Shown here in pieces: positions 63,001 through 64,000 of a stretch of DNA of 64,000 nucleotides. A model generated the notes under the pieces. That model was not told the DNA's origin. It did no database searches and saw only the letters and a list, made by a program, of their open reading frames with translations. Each line of letters begins with the position of its first letter. Position 1 is the stretch's first letter. Both the position numbers and the translations under genes were made by a program. Source of the DNA: Haliotis rubra (Eukaryota); contig NW_025765037.1 of the NCBI RefSeq assembly GCF_003918875.1, positions 806,001 to 870,000 of the forward strand, written 5' to 3'.

Positions 63001-63232
63001 TAAGTTCGAGATGAGAAACACATAAAACATATATAGGCTGGCCATATTTGTGTCAGCATGATTCATGTCATGTAAAACTTATCTTCTGTCTTGACAAAGC
63101 TGACATGCAGCGGCATTGTACGCAGAAAGCGAGCAGCTTCGTCCCAGGAAGATGCTACTATGGGCACAGTGATTGTGCTGAACGGTGCAGGGACACCTGC
63201 AGACACAAAGACGGAAGCACCAAGGTTTCAAG
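48006..63232 (+). CDS. Secreted Calx-beta x2 / EGF x2 / ZP-domain protein, 14 exons in window, 3' end outside window
   Basis: Signal peptide exon; two Calx-beta repeats ([17 protein letters not shown]; [22 protein letters not shown]); two six-Cys EGF exons; ZP-N (VQC..GVVYVKD..C..CG..IVQY..D..TCSF); ZP-C (LGEEI..YKDGC..KAFYF); RRKR furin site and hydrophobic patch. All splice phases are compatible. Confidence 0.9.
48322..48493 (+). mobile_element. SINE family A
   Basis: Full match; flanked by GTCATG(T/G)GACCA. Confidence 0.85.
48903..49323. mobile_element. Tc1/mariner-type MITE, copy 2
   Basis: TIR TACTACCCATCAAA..TTAGACTCA / TGAGTCTAAACTTTTGATGGGTAGTA flanked by TA; interior aligns with 19535-19942. 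Confidence 0.8.
49487..49611 (+). CDS. exon 2, Calx-beta 1 N-part
   Basis: ctgtAG acceptor, GTAAGA donor; [14 protein letters not shown]. Confidence 0.85.
49740..50600. repeat. 33-bp G-rich minisatellite in Calx/EGF/ZP intron 2
   Basis: GGGTGTAGAGATGGGAGGACAGGTGGGTAGTGT. Confidence 0.93.
50839..50961 (+). CDS. exon 3, Calx-beta 1 core
   Basis: [14 protein letters not shown]...FTVTIIGDS; tgtAG acceptor, GTGAGC donor. Confidence 0.9.
51145..51305 (-). mobile_element. SINE family A
   Basis: Match with a small deletion in the tail. Confidence 0.8.
51412..52310 (-). mobile_element. Family B SINE interrupted by a 34-bp satellite block
   Basis: TSD GGTGAGCATAGC at 51400 and 52311; SINE segments 51413-51480 and 52111-52307. 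Confidence 0.78.
51670..52107. repeat. 34-bp minisatellite, inverted relative to 36275-37632
   Basis: CAACAGACCAGACCTACAATGACCCCAGTATATC. Confidence 0.93.
52673..52824 (+). mobile_element. SINE family A
   Basis: Diverged match. Confidence 0.78.
52953..53049 (+). CDS. exon 4, Calx-beta 1 C-part
   Basis: [12 protein letters not shown]...TVTITDDE; ttccAG acceptor, GTAGGT donor. Confidence 0.9.
53073..53421 (-). mobile_element. SINE family C, full length
   Basis: Reverse complement of 28886-29239; TSD TCCT(T/A)TATGGGG at 53061 and 53423. Confidence 0.88.
53789..54021 (+). CDS. exon 5, Calx-beta 2
   Basis: [12 protein letters not shown]...[12 protein letters not shown]...[20 protein letters not shown]; cacAG acceptor, GTTAGG donor. 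Confidence 0.9.
54228..54318 (+). CDS. exon 6, Calx-beta 2 C-part
   Basis: [13 protein letters not shown]...FQITDDD; tacAG acceptor, GTATGT donor. Confidence 0.9.
54419..54630 (+). mobile_element. Penelope-like pseudo-LTR insertion (partial tandem repeat plus inverted tail) inside a family A SINE
   Basis: catccataaatcttgcttttcc repeated at 54482 and 54599; 54419-54456 is the inverse of 54583-54618; contains a hammerhead. Confidence 0.75.
54535..54578 (+). ncRNA. Minimal type I hammerhead ribozyme (Penelope-associated type)
   Basis: Stem I GAUAC/GUGUU, core CUGAUGA(+A), stem II GGAG/CUCC with a 10-nt loop, GAAA, loopless palindromic stem III ACGU, cleavage triplet GUC ending 54573. Confidence 0.7.
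55172..55297 (+). CDS. exon 7, EGF-like 1
   Basis: [33 protein letters not shown], phase 1/1. Confidence 0.92.
55658..56175. repeat. Compound inverted-repeat element
   Basis: 55658-55696 is inverse to 55757-55793, and 55796-55810 is inverse to 56161-56175. Confidence 0.6.
56302..56439 (+). CDS. exon 8, EGF-like 2
   Basis: [36 protein letters not shown], phase 1/1. Confidence 0.92.
57304..57536 (+). CDS. exon 9, ZP-N first part
   Basis: [36 protein letters not shown]; tacAG acceptor, GTAAGT donor. Confidence 0.88.
57569..57708 (-). mobile_element. SINE family A
   Basis: Diverged match. Confidence 0.75.
57745..57945 (+). mobile_element. SINE-like family B, diverged
   Basis: CCAGGGTTAGAATTGG..(AAAC)n tail. 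Confidence 0.7.
58178..58326 (+). CDS. exon 10, ZP-N second part
   Basis: [27 protein letters not shown]; tgcAG acceptor, GTGAGT donor. Confidence 0.88.
58349..58530 (-). mobile_element. SINE family A
   Basis: Long (GTGA)n tail, full body. Confidence 0.82.
59150..59286 (+). CDS. exon 11, ZP linker / ZP-C start
   Basis: [31 protein letters not shown]; phase 2/1. Confidence 0.85.
59698..59791 (+). CDS. exon 12, ZP-C
   Basis: [29 protein letters not shown]; phase 1/2. Confidence 0.85.
60430..61740. repeat. 42-bp minisatellite in Calx/EGF/ZP intron 12
   Basis: GTTGTAACGTGAATGTTCCCTCCAGTGAAGGAGATGGGTGTG. Confidence 0.95.
61802..61988 (+). CDS. exon 13, ZP-C
   Basis: [33 protein letters not shown]; weak AAG acceptor, GTATGT donor, phase 2/0. 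Confidence 0.82.
63100..63232 (+). CDS. exon 14, ZP end with furin site and external hydrophobic patch
   Basis: [29 protein letters not shown]; AAG acceptor, GTGAGG donor. Confidence 0.82.
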
Positions 63233-63381
63233 GTGAGGTCGCCATACCGAACACGTTGAATATCAGATGAAGAGTATAAGAAGTTACCAGCCAGAGGAAC
63301 GTGCGCCTAAATCGATGGACAGTTTCAGGTTTATATGTCCAGTTTATTGTCGTTGGCGAAACGACAGAGTAATTGTTAATG

Positions 63382-63683
63382 GAGTGAGTGAGTATCGTTT
63401 TACACCGCATTTTAGCATAATACCAGCAATATCACGGCGGGGGACACCAGAAATGGGCTTTACACATTGTACCCATGTGGGGAATCGAACCCGGGTCTTC
63501 GGTGTGACGAGCGAACGCTTTAACCACTAGGCTACCCCACCGCCCCAAATTGTTAATGGAGAGTGAGTTTAGTTTTACGCCGCTTTTAGAAACATTGCAG
63601 CAGTATTACGGCGGAGACACCAGAAATGGGCTTCACACATTGTACCCATGTGGGGAATCAAACACGGGTCTTCGGCGTGACAC
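63382..63683 (-). mobile_element. Two adjacent family A SINEs
   Basis: 63382-63546 with TSD AATTGTTAATGGAG, then a truncated copy 63561-63683. Confidence 0.82.
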
Positions 63684-64000
63684 CGTCCTGTTAATAGAGA
63701 AATCGTAATAATCACTGATGGAGTGAAGTGGATCATTACATTTTAGGTAACAGGAATAGACATGTCTGTTTTTGATGGACTTGTATATGTAGGTAGTAGA
63801 GTAATATTTTTAGCCACATGTTTGTTACGAATATTAATAGTTAAATCGCTCTCATGTCTTCCGTCGCGCTTGTTTGGTACAATACTTTCCACGGATTGAA
63901 GATATGTATTCCAATCTCAATTAAAAATTTGCTGTCTCACCTCTGAGCACAGGGGCTAAGTTATTTCCTGTATCCATACACCTAATATGTGTCCTCCCTT

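Overview
Eukaryotic, intron-rich animal DNA, most likely a mollusc (inferred from SINE structure and an EGF-ZP gene; an abalone-like gastropod is a guess). Three host genes can be reconstructed by hand with consistent GT-AG phases. (1) An Enhancer of polycomb (EPC1/2-like) gene on the minus strand, 15 coding exons over 23261->1082, with an apparent 1-nt frameshift in a G8 run at 2865-2872. (2) An RBBP9-like serine hydrolase on the plus strand with an intronless CDS (28019-28579). (3) A plus-strand secreted protein, 14 exons from 48006 running off the window, with the architecture signal peptide - 2x Calx-beta - 2x EGF - ZP module - RRKR furin site and an unusual ZP cysteine pattern. EPC intron 6 holds a decayed DIRS-type tyrosine-recombinase retrotransposon (ITRs, ICR, gag, RT, YR fragment). 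One of its ITRs appears to carry an inverted copy of DNA from beyond the other terminus. Three small Penelope-like insertions are present, one with a near-complete minimal hammerhead ribozyme (54535-54578). The rest is three tRNA-related or tail-sharing SINE families, several MITEs, a LINE remnant and seven minisatellite families (27, 33, 34, 40, 42, 59 and about 96 bp units). Most long ORFs in the supplied track are repeat artefacts. All calls come from manual reading; no database searches were run.
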